Source of the DNA: Octopus sinensis
Taxonomy: Eukaryota
DNA length: 64,000 nt
Assembly (NCBI RefSeq): GCF_006345805.1
Contig: NC_043006.1
Span: forward strand, 90,830,001 to 90,894,000
Reading direction: 5' to 3'
The number at the start of each line of letters is the position of its first letter. The first letter of the stretch is position 1. Positions 37,401-50,400 of the stretch are shown here, piece by piece. The notes under the pieces are model-generated. The model did no database searches, was not told the DNA's origin, and saw only the letters and a program-made list of their open reading frames with translations. The translations under genes were made by a program, and so were the position numbers.

Positions 37401-40400
37401 TGAAGTGGCATCTTCCTGTTAACTAAGGAAACAAGAAAAGCATTGTGTCTTGTATATGGATACAACATGTAAGCTTGTTGAAGAATTTGAACTTAGTCAT
37501 CTGACTTCATAACCTGTTAAGACATTCTGGTTCTATAAATAAAATTGCCAAAGTAGTTAAGTCAAGAATGTGGAAAGACTGAAAGGTTAAGTTTGCTGAC
37601 AACTAATTACACTGATAATAGTTTGGGAAAGAAATTGTATTTATTCCCTGCAAAGGATAAATAACTTGAGCTCTTAATCAGTTCTTACTGTTTGACATTT
37701 GCTACTTTCCTAGATTTATCTTAAATTACTCTAAAGTCAAACTAGTTCATCTATTTTCAATAGTTGCAGAAGACATGCAGAGAATCAGATATCTTTAAAA
37801 TGTCAAATATAATGAAATTATTTCTTCTGGTCTTGTTTATCATTTTGTAAATATTTATTAAGTTCTCTGTTCACTTTTGGACCTAAGAGACAGTAACCTC
37901 TGGATATTAATACAAAATAAATAACTAAATAAATAAAATGATGAAAAATAAACACTGATTTTAAAATTAAATAAAAATAATACATTTTGATACTGGATCC
38001 TACTGACAATTGAAAGTAAATCTCTTTGCTCATCTTTCTTAGATTTGAAAACTGAATTTTCATAAAAATTTATTCAAAAATTAAATTCTACTTAGCAAGA
38101 TTTGATAATGTATTTTTTAATAGTTTTTTTCATTTTTTTTATTACTTTTTCCTTTTCTGTGGAATATCTATAGTTATAAAATATTGATCACAAAATTTGT
38201 TTACATGTGCAAAACTAGATATTATTTAGGCACTAATATTACTTTCTCTAAAAGTTGCCTTTATAAAGCTTTTATTTATATTTATACATCAATGAATTAT
38301 TTTAACAAGTCCACTCCAGTTAAAATTGAAAGCACTCTTTTATTGACTCTTATTGTTTACCTTATATTCTTCCTTAAAAATAATTGTACATCATATATTA
38401 ACCATTTCATAAGTGTTTCTCTTTTTCATTGAAAGTGACTAATAATTACTTTTGTGGGGTTAGTTTACTCCTGTTGCTAAAAAGCTCCATTGTTTCTTCT
38501 AGTTTTGTGTAGTTGTTTAAATTTATTTTAGTAACTGGTTAATACTGATTTGTTAACAATCTTTAATTTTTAGACTAATCTATTATACCAAATTTACTAT
38601 CACTCCCAATTCTCTTTAGAGAACTACTAAGTTTTTTTTTACTCCCAACTTATCAGCTTTCATCCCAATTTTATTGTCTCCACTTTAATGTTTATTTTGT
38701 TATGTATAGGAAAAAGTTACGTTGTCATATTCTCTATGAGTCTATTCTGTGTTATTCCACCTTTCATACCTAATATTCTCAGTTCAAATCTAAATGTGTG
38801 TTCATGATGTAATCTAAAAGAAAAGTGAGTATACATACTTTACCTGTGTCCTAATGACACACTGCCACCTAGTCATATTTTTTGCACCTTATATATTACA
38901 CACATATATCTGCTTTTCTCATTTCTGAAGAGATTGGTTTTTGACTTTGTTGTGCTTTTACTTATACAATCCATATTGTGCAATATTTTTTTTTATATAC
39001 ATACCTTCCCACAAATATATTTCTTCAATATGACTAACATTATGTCTATATCAACAAAATACAACTCTATCCACAAACAATATCATAACCACAAAATTTA
39101 TACTATAATTCTTTTTTTTAATTTACATTACTTTTAGTTTTATGTTGTCCATATTTTAAAAATATTTATTATGTTCTACAATTCTTTCCTCTCCAACTCT
39201 TATACCTTTAGAATCTGAAAACAAAAAGGTTAGATAACTAACTTCAGAACTAATTGGATCAAATCTAAGGCATCACTCTGTCCATGCCAGAGATAATTTC
39301 ACAGCAATTAAATTTCATCAAGATATCTTCTATTGTGTTACAGAAAATAGAAATCTTTTCTTTCTTTTTGAAGATTTCATTTACTTTATCAAAAGAATTT
39401 TTTATTTAGCATAATATCATTATTTCTTTTATAATTTCTGAAAAAGATGCATCTTAACAAAAGAAAAAATGGAAATCCACTCTCAGGCATATCCCAAAAT
39501 AGAAGAATACTAATGAAAATGTTAAAAATTTTTTATATCATTTTATATAAGTGAAACAACTTCGTGTTTTGCACAAAATTCTTTACATTATCAATCATAG
39601 TCATTCATCTTTCCAATATATTTCAAAGTAGAAGTACGAATTCACTTGAAATAAATCAAATCTGTTATAAGCAAAAGCTGTTAATGTGTGCATGTGTGTG
39701 GTTGGGGTCACTTCCTGAATTCAGTTTAGCAGTCAGTTCATTTGAGAAAGGATCATCTATTGAAACTTCAAACAAATGCAAAGAAAGAGAGAGAGAGCTT
39801 TTAGTTATTATATACACTGCAACCAGAGCCCGTTTAACAGCAATATAGACCCCAGGGCAAATCAATGCATTGAACTATAGCATATATTTATTGACAGCAA
39901 ACTGCTGCATTCATAATTCAGAATTGGGCCCTTAGACCTGTGAGGCTCCTGTGTAAACTGCCCAGTATACCCATGCCTTAAGATAGCAATAACTGTAATA
40001 TTCATTTTGATTATTATTTTGTAATAATTGTTTCTAATAGAGGCACAAGTCTTGAAATTTATTACATTATTCTGTCATTATTTTGTAATAATAACATATT
40101 GTGGTACATCTAAGTGGCTGTTCACTGACTCAGCCACTTCCATTATATCTCACTAGCTTACTACATTTATAATTTAACTATATTTTTATCTGTCTCTTCA
40201 TCATTTTTTTTTCTTTCATTCTATTCCCCACTTTCTCCTTTTCTTCCACAATAATGTTCTTTATCTTTATACTAAACTTTGTATAAAATTCTCATTTGAT
40301 ACCATTTTTGTTTACAGTTATGATTATGTCTACCTTAGGTAGTGGTGGTGGTAGCGATAATGATGTTGCAGGCCAAATAGAGACAGTTTTTCCTTTCAAA

Positions 40401-40782
40401 ATGTTGACCAAAGTAAATGGATAAAGGGGTTTTTAAGAAAATTGTCCTTAATTACTGGAACTAGTGAAAGAATGGCGTGAGTGTATGTGTCTGTATATAC
40501 GCATGCTTACAAAGAAAGATGATTCACTCTGTTACTATTTCAAGTTTCTTTATTTTGGGGGTTTCTTTCTGGAATTTGAACAAGGTCTGTCCCATTTGTA
40601 CACCCAACTCACATGTATGAGTGCAAGTGGGTGTATACAATCACTTCTAAACTTGTCATTTAAACAGTAGTAAAACAGTAGATAGAAGAATATCTGTTGT
40701 TTTACTCTTTATTCTTCTGTCTCCTGTTTTTTCCTTATAAACTGTGAATTCTCTATCTAGAACTTTAATACATACTCACCTT

Positions 40783-40858
40783 GTCTCTGATGACAGGATA
40801 CCCAGTGTATGAAGATGCTAACCTATCACTTGGGATATCCCAGAAACAGCTGTAAGAC
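40783..40858 (+). ncRNA. Minimal type I hammerhead ribozyme (Penelope-like-element type), stem II closure mutated
   Basis: GTCT-CTGATGA-ca-GGATA-CCCA-GTG...CAC-t-TGGG-a-TATCC-ca-GAAA-CAGCTG-TA^AGAC. Stem I is 4 bp, the core is intact, stem II is long, stem III is the palindrome ACAGCTGT, and the GUA site gives a predicted cut after 40854. Confidence 0.82.
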
Positions 40859-41169
40859 TTCCAGTAATTAATTAATCAATTACCTCTAATTCACATTACT
40901 CTTTTGTATATGTTTTGGGGACACAGCAAGCCAACAGTTGTTCTGTGTGTTCACCACCTCTTCGTATTGAAGCTTCTGGCATGAATGCCAAGCAGTACAG
41001 CATGTTGTTTCCAAATTTCTGGCAGAGTGAATTGTCTCATGGGGCTGTTTTCCTAACAGACAATGCCCAACTGACCCTACTATTCTGTGTAGTCAACAAA
41101 ATCAAAAACAAACAATGCACATGCACAAAATTGATAATATAAAATGGCAGCAATTTACCCATTGCACCC

Positions 41170-41385
41170 TTTTTTTTTTTTTTTGTCATTTGACTGCGGC
41201 CATGCTGGAGCACCGCCTTTAGAGTGGTGAAAGAGTACAGCAGGGATCACCACCTCCTGCCGGAGCCTCGTGGAGCTTTTAGGTGTTTTTTTCGCTCAAT
41301 AAACACACACAACGCCCGGTCTGGGAATCGAAACCGCGATCCTCCGACCGCAAGTCCGCTGCCCTAACCACTAGGCCATTGCGCC
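41170..41385 (-). mobile_element. Young chimeric SINE (family A tRNA-like head + family B 3' end + A15)
   Basis: Minus strand ggcgcaatggcctagtggttagggcagcgg...ggtttcgattccc head, switching near 41220 to aaggcggtgctccagcatggccgcagtcaaatgac (the 55.75-kb SINE B tail), then 15 A. CpGs retained. Confidence 0.75.
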
Positions 41386-43429
41386 TATATATATATAAAT
41401 TCCCTTTTTCCCCCACTCGTAGCAACCTTGTCTGTGGAATAGATTTTTACTTCTCTTTATTATTTTCCTAACTAGAATATTGCTTTCTTATGTGTTACAT
41501 GTTTTTATATCATTGCGTCCTGTGAAGATTATTTGAAATGTTAGAAATGAGACAATTTATGTCGATTGTCTGTTGGGATATGTTTTTATCTTTTTTATTT
41601 TTACATTTAGACTGGTGATTGTGAAATACTTGCATTAATATTTTCATTTTTAAATACACTTGTCTCTTTTCATTTTCATTTATTATTTATTTACTTGCAT
41701 GAATTAGTCAGCAGAGGAAGGGTAATTTCTGTGACCTTCAAGCATGATGGACTGGGCAGGAAAGTTGTCCAGAGTTGTGGCCTGAATGCTTGCAAACAGA
41801 ACAGGCTTTGTTAAAAGCACCAAAGGACCAGGTGGTAGTGTTAGACCGGATAGGGGATTTAGTCAGCATAATAAATAACCGAGGGCTTTATATTTTTTCT
41901 TTTTCTTTTCTATACTTAATTATCAAATGATTCAGTACAACTTTATGTTTGTTACATTTACACTTTAGTTTCAAATTATTAACTTCAGATATACTTAATG
42001 AAGTATATTCACAATAGTAGAAGTTTTATTAATACAAAGCTTTAGATGACCACTAAATTAATTTACAAAATTAGACCAAAGAAAGCACTGACCATTTAGA
42101 AAAATTTTTTATTTTGAATGAATTTTAGGTATTTTTTCAGAATTAATATCGTCTATTTTCTTGTTATATCTTATAAAGACAGTCATGTCTTCTTTGAGCT
42201 TGAAGCTCAAGGAGCCTTTGTTCCCAAATGGTTAAATTTTTCTCTGCTATTGTTCTTCTTCCAAAGCTCTTCAGTTGTTTCATGTTTTCTTTTTTCTTTC
42301 GAGTCTTTATTAAACTCTATGAAAATATACATTATCACCAATTTATTTTCCTTGCTTCCTTTGATAAGTATATTCTTGCATGTATGCATGCATTATGATT
42401 CTAAACTATCTATGCATGCGTACTAATGTCTTTATGTACTCAAGTTTCTATACTTGTGTATGCTAAAGTGTTTAGAATAAGTGATTAAGAACAAAAGATT
42501 TTTCTTTTGCTCTTATGAATATAGACAGTTGTATTCTTACAATAACTGCTTGTCTCCATTCCACGAAAGTTATACTCTCTTCCATAATGGATATACTTGA
42601 GGGACTAACTGTCTATTTCTTTCAACTTAGAACTGGAACTCATCTGTTTTTGTCACCTGAAATATTTGATAGGAACAATAAATGGATTTTCTTCGATTTT
42701 TATAGATATCTTTCTTCCTCACCCTCTCTATTGATCAGCTACTTTATTAATTTTTTTTCCTACATACCATTTTTGCGATTGTTCTTATTCCTATTGCGTA
42801 TGGTACCTTACTATCTCTTCCACTTATTTTAAGTTGTCATCTGCTTGGAGCGCTTCTAAAATATACCAAAACTATTTCAGATTACTCAGGTTTTTACATA
42901 ATAACATTTGACAGGCAAATCTTTATTCACTACTTACTATTATACTTTTCAGCATTTTTTTTCCTCTCTTACTTTTGAACGGAATATTTCTTAATGCCTA
43001 ACATTTTCAAACATCAATATGGTCTTCTAAGTAATAATTGTTGTTCTAAATTCCCCAATATCCCTTTAACAATTTAATAATATTGTTCAGAAATATGTTT
43101 GTAACAGAATCAACTTTTAGATTTTTGTGGCTTTTTTTTTTTCTTTCTTTCTTTTGATTTACATCAGTGTATATTAATATCATGTTCTCTTTACTTCTCA
43201 TATACTTATGTATTTCAATAAAAGACACTTTCAGTTTTAGTTACAATGCTGTTGTTGTTATTGTCATTTAGCCCCAGGTCAGCCTGATTAAGCATGTCTA
43301 TGGTCTGCAGCAGTGTAACTGTGATCACTACACCTATTTTGTGTGTGTGTGTTTAGAACTTCATTTTTTTTTTATTACATTCTTTTGTTCTAGAGGAAAG
43401 AGCTATTTCACAGCCTTCACTCTTCTCCA

Positions 43430-43466
43430 ACACCAGTGTGTCCTTCATGGAAGGACACACTGGTGT
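43430..43466. repeat. Perfect 17-bp inverted repeat with 3-nt loop
   Basis: ACACCAGTGTGTCCTTC-ATG-GAAGGACACACTGGTGT. Confidence 0.95.
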
Positions 43467-43505
43467 AAGTTAGGCAGTTAGTTCTGGTTGTCAGGTGGCT
43501 TTTCT

Positions 43506-43759
43506 CATTATCATCATCATCATCGTTTAACATCCGCTTTCCATGCTAGCATGGGTTGGACGGTTTGACCGGGGTCTGGGAAGCCAGGAGGCTGCACCAG
43601 GCTCCAATCTGATCTGGCAGAGTTTCTACAGCTGGATGCCCTTCCTAACGCCAACCATTCCGAGAGTGTAGTGGGTGCTTTTAAAGTGCCACTGGCACGA
43701 AGGCCAGTCTGACGGTACTGGCAACAGCCACGCTCAAATATGGTGTTTTTTACGTGCCA
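43506..43759 (-). mobile_element. Young RTE-type tail element (family D)
   Basis: CpG-rich reverse complement of the RTE tail, ending in (GAT)n. Confidence 0.8.
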
Positions 43760-44086
43760 TTCCCTCTTTCTCAAAGGCAGTCATTACTTTCGAGACAGTA
43801 CTTCTTGATACACCAAACATTTCAGCTGTTTTCATTACGCTAGTGCCTGCCATACAAGCACCAACAATTTGGCCTCTTTGAAAGTCCGATAGATCTGTCA
43901 TTTTAATGAAATTTAAATTACCTTTTTCTAATGATTATCTGAAAAGAAACAACAATTTTAGCAAAACATATTAAGCAACAATAATAATAAATAAAAAAAC
44001 ATAAACATAAACAAGCTTTTGACAGTTTTATAGATATTTCAAAATTATGATGCTAGGTGTTTCCATTATTTTGTCCAACCCCTGTA
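43760..44086 (-). mobile_element. 5' end of Tc1-like transposon (TIR + transposase N-terminus), truncated
   Basis: TA-CAGGGGTTGGACAAAATAATGGAAACACC TIR. ATG at 43901 gives MTDLSDFQRGQIVGACMAGTSVMKTAEMFGVSRSTVSKVMTAFEKEG (paired-type HTH). Confidence 0.88.
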
Positions 44087-45301
44087 TATATATACATATA
44101 GATATGTAGATATAGATATACGCACACACACATGCATGTGCAATGTTGTGGTTATATTGGGGCTTGATTATCCAGCCGTTCCTCCATGTTGTTTTGAGTG
44201 TTGCTCATGATAATCTTATTTCGTTGGACTTTTGGTTGTATCTGCATTTTGACACTATTATAATGTCAGCACACATTCTACTCTTGCCCTGAAAATTTAA
44301 GTTTCAAGTTTTGATTTATTTTCACACTTTTGGAGAACCAAAGGCAACGTAGTCCATCAACTGTTGTAGAAGTAAGATGATGGGTGGCATAATGCCCATC
44401 ATGATAGATAGGGGTGATTAAAAGATGAGGTGGGCAGCAGATGGAGACTTGGCAAGAACAAAAGGAGTAAAATCCAGTTGGAGATATATATTATGTGTCA
44501 CAGCCTCTGTCTATAGTAACTCTATTTCACAATGCTTGTATGGGTGGCTGGATCTTGACTGGCACTCTAAACCACCACTTCGCACTCTCCAATGTTATAT
44601 CCTTCATGAGATGTAATATCTTGAGATTTGTCTCTGCCACTTCAACCCTACTCTTTCTTGGTCCTCTTCTTTCAGAGTTTCTACCTACTTTTATGCTTGG
44701 CTCCTCATTATACTCTTGTCATCCTCTATACACATCAAATTCCCATATTACCACAGTCTTCTCTCTCACATTATATATTTCATTCCTTTTATTATTCAGT
44801 TTTCCTCACAGCTTGTTTGTACTTGGTGTGTGTGTGTGTGTGGTGGGGGTCCCTGTCATCATCATTTGGGTGAACAAGAGTGAAAAAAATATTCTCAATG
44901 CTTCTATTAGAGTTTACTTCTGCATTTGAAGCTAATGATTTCATGCCATCATTATTCTGATTTTCACACGTGTGTGCATTCCTTCTGGTACCTACAGTTA
45001 TGAAGTATATCTCTCTCTATATATATTCCAAAACATGTATAATTGTGCTGTGTGGAATGAAACTTTGGGATATACCCAAGCTATTGGCAACATAACACAA
45101 GTTTTGAACCTAACCGGTTTAGCATTTGTTAATTCATGTGAAAATTTACTTAACTTCACTTGTATGATGTCCAAAGATAAGAAGCTCATAGCTACTTAAA
45201 CATTGTTTCTTAGTTTATACATAAGTTTGTATATTAGTAATGTTAGTATCTAATCATACTGGAGAAGGAAACTTAGAGATATTCCCCCAAATCTCTGTAA
45301 T

Positions 45302-46096
45302 ATGCAAATTAACACGGGCAAGCTAAAGGATGTGTCTATATCTTGTTTTCTACTAATATTACACTGGAAGGCCTCCCCAAATGCCTGCACAGTTGTCATG
45401 CCAATATTTTTACTAAATATTGGGGGCCTGTTGCATCATAATAACAAAAGCAAAATTTCTTTCCTGAGAGACCTTGCTGCATGCAATCAAGCCCTATGCA
45501 TAGTACTCATGGAAACTCATCTGAACCCTGATATAGAAGATGCAGAAGTACACGTACCAAAATATGCCATACTGCGAACAGACAGAAGGGAAAGGAGCCA
45601 TGGTGGAGTTGCTGTATACATCCGTGATGACCTCACAGCCCAGGTCTTATTGTCATACTCATATTCAGTATGTGACACTCTAATTGTATACATAAGACAA
45701 CACAATATAGTCATATGCAATACATATTGCCCACTGGATGCTCCAAACCACATAGGCAAGTTTGAAGACTACGTCACAAAAATTAAAGAAATCCTCATGA
45801 AACTGAAACACCACGTGAGCATATTTCTTATGGGTGATTTCAACTTCCCCAATGTTAAATGGACTGAAGGCCTCATGCTCTCAGGAATGACTCATTGCAA
45901 ACAAGGACAGGTGGAGACCCTGCTCATCCTCACCAATGCCCTATTCATGGAGCAAGTTGTGCTCAGACCAACAAGGGCAAATAACACTTTGGATCTCTGC
46001 TTCATGAACAATATGGACATCATTCATGATGTGAAAGTGATGCCGACATTAATCTCGGATCACAATATGGTAGGGGTAGGGTTAGGCTATCAGTAA
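45302..46096 (+). mobile_element. Uninterrupted apurinic-like (APE/EEP) endonuclease ORF of an L2/CR1-group LINE, without downstream RT
   Basis: 264-aa ORF with LNIGG, LMETHL, LRTDRRERSHGGVAVYIR, NTYCP, MGDFNFPNVKW, EQVVLRPTRANNTLDLCF and ISDHNMV (all EEP catalytic motifs). Stops 9 codons after SDH. Confidence 0.9.
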
Positions 46097-46171
46097 TAAC
46101 AGTGTAGCAAAACTGTGGTGCCCCAGCATGGCCACAGCTCTGAGGTGAAACTACAAAAAGGATAAAGAAAA

Positions 46172-46352
46172 TGTGTGTATGTGTATATATATGTTTATGT
46201 GTGTGTGTGAGTGTGTGCATGTGTATATGTGTATATATATATGTATATAAATATATATATATATACACACACATATATATATACACATATGTGTATGTAT
46301 ATATATATATATATACATATGTGTGTGTGTGTGTATGTATGTATATATATGT
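46172..46352. repeat. (TA/TG/CA)n compound microsatellite
   Basis: Direct reading. Confidence 0.95.
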
Positions 46353-46999
46353 AGTCTGGACAGCTCCCTGCTAGCCAGCTTTATGTCAAACTGTCCAACT
46401 CATACCAGCATGAAGAGCAGATGTTAAATGATGATAATGATATATGCACACACACACATACACACATTGTATTATATTATTTTATATACATAAGCAAAAA
46501 TGGTAGATAAACAAGGACACTGACCAACCCTGACTGACTGCTCATCCCATGCAGTCTCAGTGGTTGTGCTTGCCTGTCCTTAAATGGACTTGTCAAGTGT
46601 CCACAAGTCTGCAATAGACAGGGACATACCCCTACATAAACCTTTGCTTGTAAAGCCAGGCCAAAAGAAAGAAATACATACATACAGTGAGAAAGAGAGA
46701 GAGAGAGTCAAACTCCAACTGGGGCATAGAAACAAAGAGAAAAGATTCATTAAGCAAAGAACAAAACCTCTCATCAGCCATGACAACTGGAATCAGTCTA
46801 GTTTTAACATGCTTAAAGTTCCATGATTTTAAGCTCCATAGTAGTACTGTGGTTGCACCATATCACTAAGATGACAGATATTACAGAAGAGACTACTTAG
46901 GATGTAGAGGACAATGGCAAAGGAATGAGATGAAAAATTACAGACAGATACATGTAATACAGTTTGATAAAAATATATTTCTATATATATTGTAGCCTT

Positions 47000-48060
47000 C
47001 TGATAGGGAACGAAGAAAAGCAATGAACTCCTCAAGAGTTTGTGTGAAAGCAAAGAAAGACTAAAACTTGATCATATTTTGGGCATAAGGAAAGGATAAG
47101 AGTTTAAGAACATCTACCTGTGGTGATGTTTGCAATAGAAAAAAAGAATGAAGGAAAGGAATTATAGGATAGGCCACACAGCAGTATCAGCAGCAAGCTA
47201 CATGAAAGGAGAGTAAAGGAAATGTCAAAGAGGGACAGAAAAGAAGACCAAGTGTGGGGAGAGATAGTATATGGCAGTGAGAACAAGAGTGAAAGAAAGG
47301 ATTAAGGAGGAAGGAACGATAGAGTGATCACAGTGAGAGAAGAAAAACATATATGTAGATGGACAATAATAATAGGATGGTGTGTGCTCTAGAAATCTAG
47401 TTGTAAAAAATCAAAATGAGACATGGAGATGATTAATGGAAAAGGACAATTAAACATGGAACACTTTTTGTCAACCATGGAGAGCAGAATCAACATAGTT
47501 TTGGCTTGATGTCATTCAAATTTGTTGATTCTCCGTATATTTGCATTAAAACACAGATCAATATTGTTATCTTCTAATGTCCACCTTCCATGTTAGCATA
47601 GGCTGAACAGTTGGCAAGGATATTATAATGGGTCCAAAGACTGCATGATCCTCCAATATCTGCTTTGGCGTGGCTGAATAACCTTCTTAATGCCTACCAC
47701 TTTATTGAATGTACCGGGTACATTATTTTTGTGGCACTAACATGAGTGAGGTTGTTATGCGGCTCTCAAGATTATGATCCCCTTTGACTGAGAGGAGAAG
47801 AAGGTGGTTTTAAACCAGGAGATAAGAGGTGAAAGTATGAAAGAAGGACCAGAACAGGTTCCTTGTTATAGAGGGGCTACATGGTTACTCATGTTATAGA
47901 ATATTGAGTGGGAATAATTGGGCTGGAGATGGAAAGAACAGATGAAGTAGTGGTGATGAAGTGCTAGTCCTTGATTTATGTGTTAAAAGACATAATGTAA
48001 TGAGGACAATATTGTCCAGTGTTTCCTGCTTCTGAAGAGAATAGGCTGCTATTAAGACTG
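47000..48060 (-). mobile_element. RTE-derived element(s): RTE-type tail (about 47570-47960) with a neighbouring purine-rich tract (pyrimidine-rich on the element strand)
   Basis: ccttccatgttagcatagg..ccttcttaatgcc..ccactt reverse-complements the tail. The A/G-rich tract at 47100-47470 resembles the spacers at 18.4-19.3 kb and 27.1-27.5 kb in composition. Confidence 0.45.
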
Positions 48061-50289
48061 AGTGACTGTATAGAGACTCAGTTATAGGCTAAGATGTACT
48101 AGGAATTAAATACCCCAACTATAACATGCTTTAACATACCAAATGGAAAATATAACATCACTGTTTTGATACAGTATTCATTACTACCATATATTGATTA
48201 GGCCTGCAGTACAACATACACTCACATCTTGTCTGGGAGGTACAATGTTTCATGGAAGAGATCTAACTACTTTCGACTTCAAAAGATAATTTATTCAAGG
48301 ATTTTTTTTCCTTAAACATAGAATATAACTTTCTAAACAAACCTAAAACAGACGCTGATTTTCTACAATACATTGATAATTCACCGATAGAAATCTTGGA
48401 TTTGCTAACAACAGCAACTGAGCAACTTAAATGTTTCATGATCATCAAAAGCCATTAATCAGTGATAGGTTGAGGGATAAAAATGAGACAAAGAAGTGCT
48501 TTGCTTTAAAAATGCCATTGAGAAAGAAAAATAAGTTACAGTAATTGAAAAAGTTCTAAATTTTAACACAGCACGTTGAAAGTAAGTAGGTTCATAGAAC
48601 TAGTCAAATTTTTATGGCTGCTATACTTGTTTAGTCTGTGTGTTTTAAACAGTAAGATTAAATCTTATCAAATTCTCAAATGTATGTCCAGATGGTACAA
48701 GGGTGTGAAAATAATTGATTTTCTTTTTTAAAGAAACACATACACACATGTACAATTGCAGACATACCTATGTTTGTAATATGTATATGTAAATTGTATC
48801 TTTGCAAAGTATACAGTTTGAGTATAGAAGAGAAGTTGTAAAAAAAAAGCTGAGGAAGCAGTTGTTTCCAAGCTGTATATAACAAATTATTGTTTTAGCT
48901 TTGGTAAGTGTTGAAAAGTATTATTTGATGAGACAAAGATATGTGAGGAGAACTTAATAGAGGATAGATTTAATCTAGTACACAGTATACCTGAGGAATT
49001 GAGTACAAGACAAAAGATAACAAGTGACAGTATTTCAAACCCACCTGTTATTATATGTCTATATAATAGACTCTATTGCTTGTTTTTATATTTTTTTACA
49101 TTTCAGCATTATTTATCATATTTGACATAAAGAAAACTTTTCTAAATGTTATGTAACATCTTTTCTGGTCTAACAGAAACCAATATAAACTCTTGTTTAA
49201 TATCCAAAAAGCTGCTGGTTCAAACTAATATTTCATTTGTCTTGAAGTATTATGCTTTTCTTTAGTTTTATATTTATCTCTAGCTCTGTACAACATTTGT
49301 AAAAAGAACATTATTCATAAATAAAGTACTTATAGCATTGAGAGTATTTCTCAATATTTGTACTTCAAAAGCCATTTGGATATGGAACAACATTCAAGTA
49401 GTAATTTCTGAGCTTTATTGAGTCACAAATTTTCAGATTTCTTTTTTTATTTAAATAAAAAAACACCTTAATTTTGTTAACTGGCAATATTTTATGAATG
49501 CATTCTTCATAACTTTCTCGTTGAGTTCCCTCTATTTAAAAAAGAAAAATTTATGTAGCTAAAGCAAGGAAAGTTATCACTTCTAAAGATTTTAATGTTT
49601 ATTTTATTATAATCTTTTATGGTTTTGTAATTTATCAAGAATATAGCTTTGCATAATTAAGTTAAATGTTGTATGCAAAAAGGTTTTTAATTAATTGAAA
49701 TTTTGCTCTTAGCCAGAGAAAGAATACAGAAATCTTGTGAGAATTGTTTATGACTTTAGAAATTAGGAACACTAATCTTTTAAAGTTAATTTATATACTT
49801 AAGGAATATCTGTTCTGTATTTGCTAGCAAGAGTGCAACTATGGACGTATCCTGATCTAACAGACCTTATGAGCAGAATTTTAACTAACCTTTTCCTATT
49901 TGTAAAAATGTATGTCAGCTGGTTGGGAAACCTATACTATGCTGATAAAGTTCAGTTCACCGATAACACACTCATAGTTACCTTCAAACAAAGCTCAAAC
50001 TTTTCCTTCCCTAGATATGTAATTAAACTTTGAGAGATTAATTGCTATTTTCTTGAAGTTATCTTCTTTTTTCATTGAGTTATAATATATAACAACAACT
50101 GCTGTTATTTTTTTCCCTTCTAAATGAGAACATTTCAATTAAGGATCTTTTGCCTATTGACATCCTGTTCCTAACCCTTTAATTCAATTATCTAAATTCA
50201 TACCATTGTTCCTTTTGAATTATTTCCTTTAGCTCATTATATTTGTAATTAAATATGCATTATTGGTTCCATTGCATGTTAATCTTTAA

Positions 50290-50400
50290 TGCCAATGCAG
50301 AAGACATTGGAGCCTGATGCAGTCTTTGGACAAATCAGATCCTGTCAAACCATCTAACCCATGCCAGCATGGAACATGCATATTAAATGATGATGAAGGG
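50290..50400 (+). mobile_element. RTE-type tail fragment
   Basis: tggagcctgatgcag..aaaccatctaacccatgccagcatggaaca..aaatgatgatga. Confidence 0.65.

Noticed and set aside
41310-41385. tRNA gene on the minus strand
   Set aside because: It has A/B boxes but no proper acceptor or anticodon stems and continues into a SINE body, so it is a tRNA-derived SINE head.
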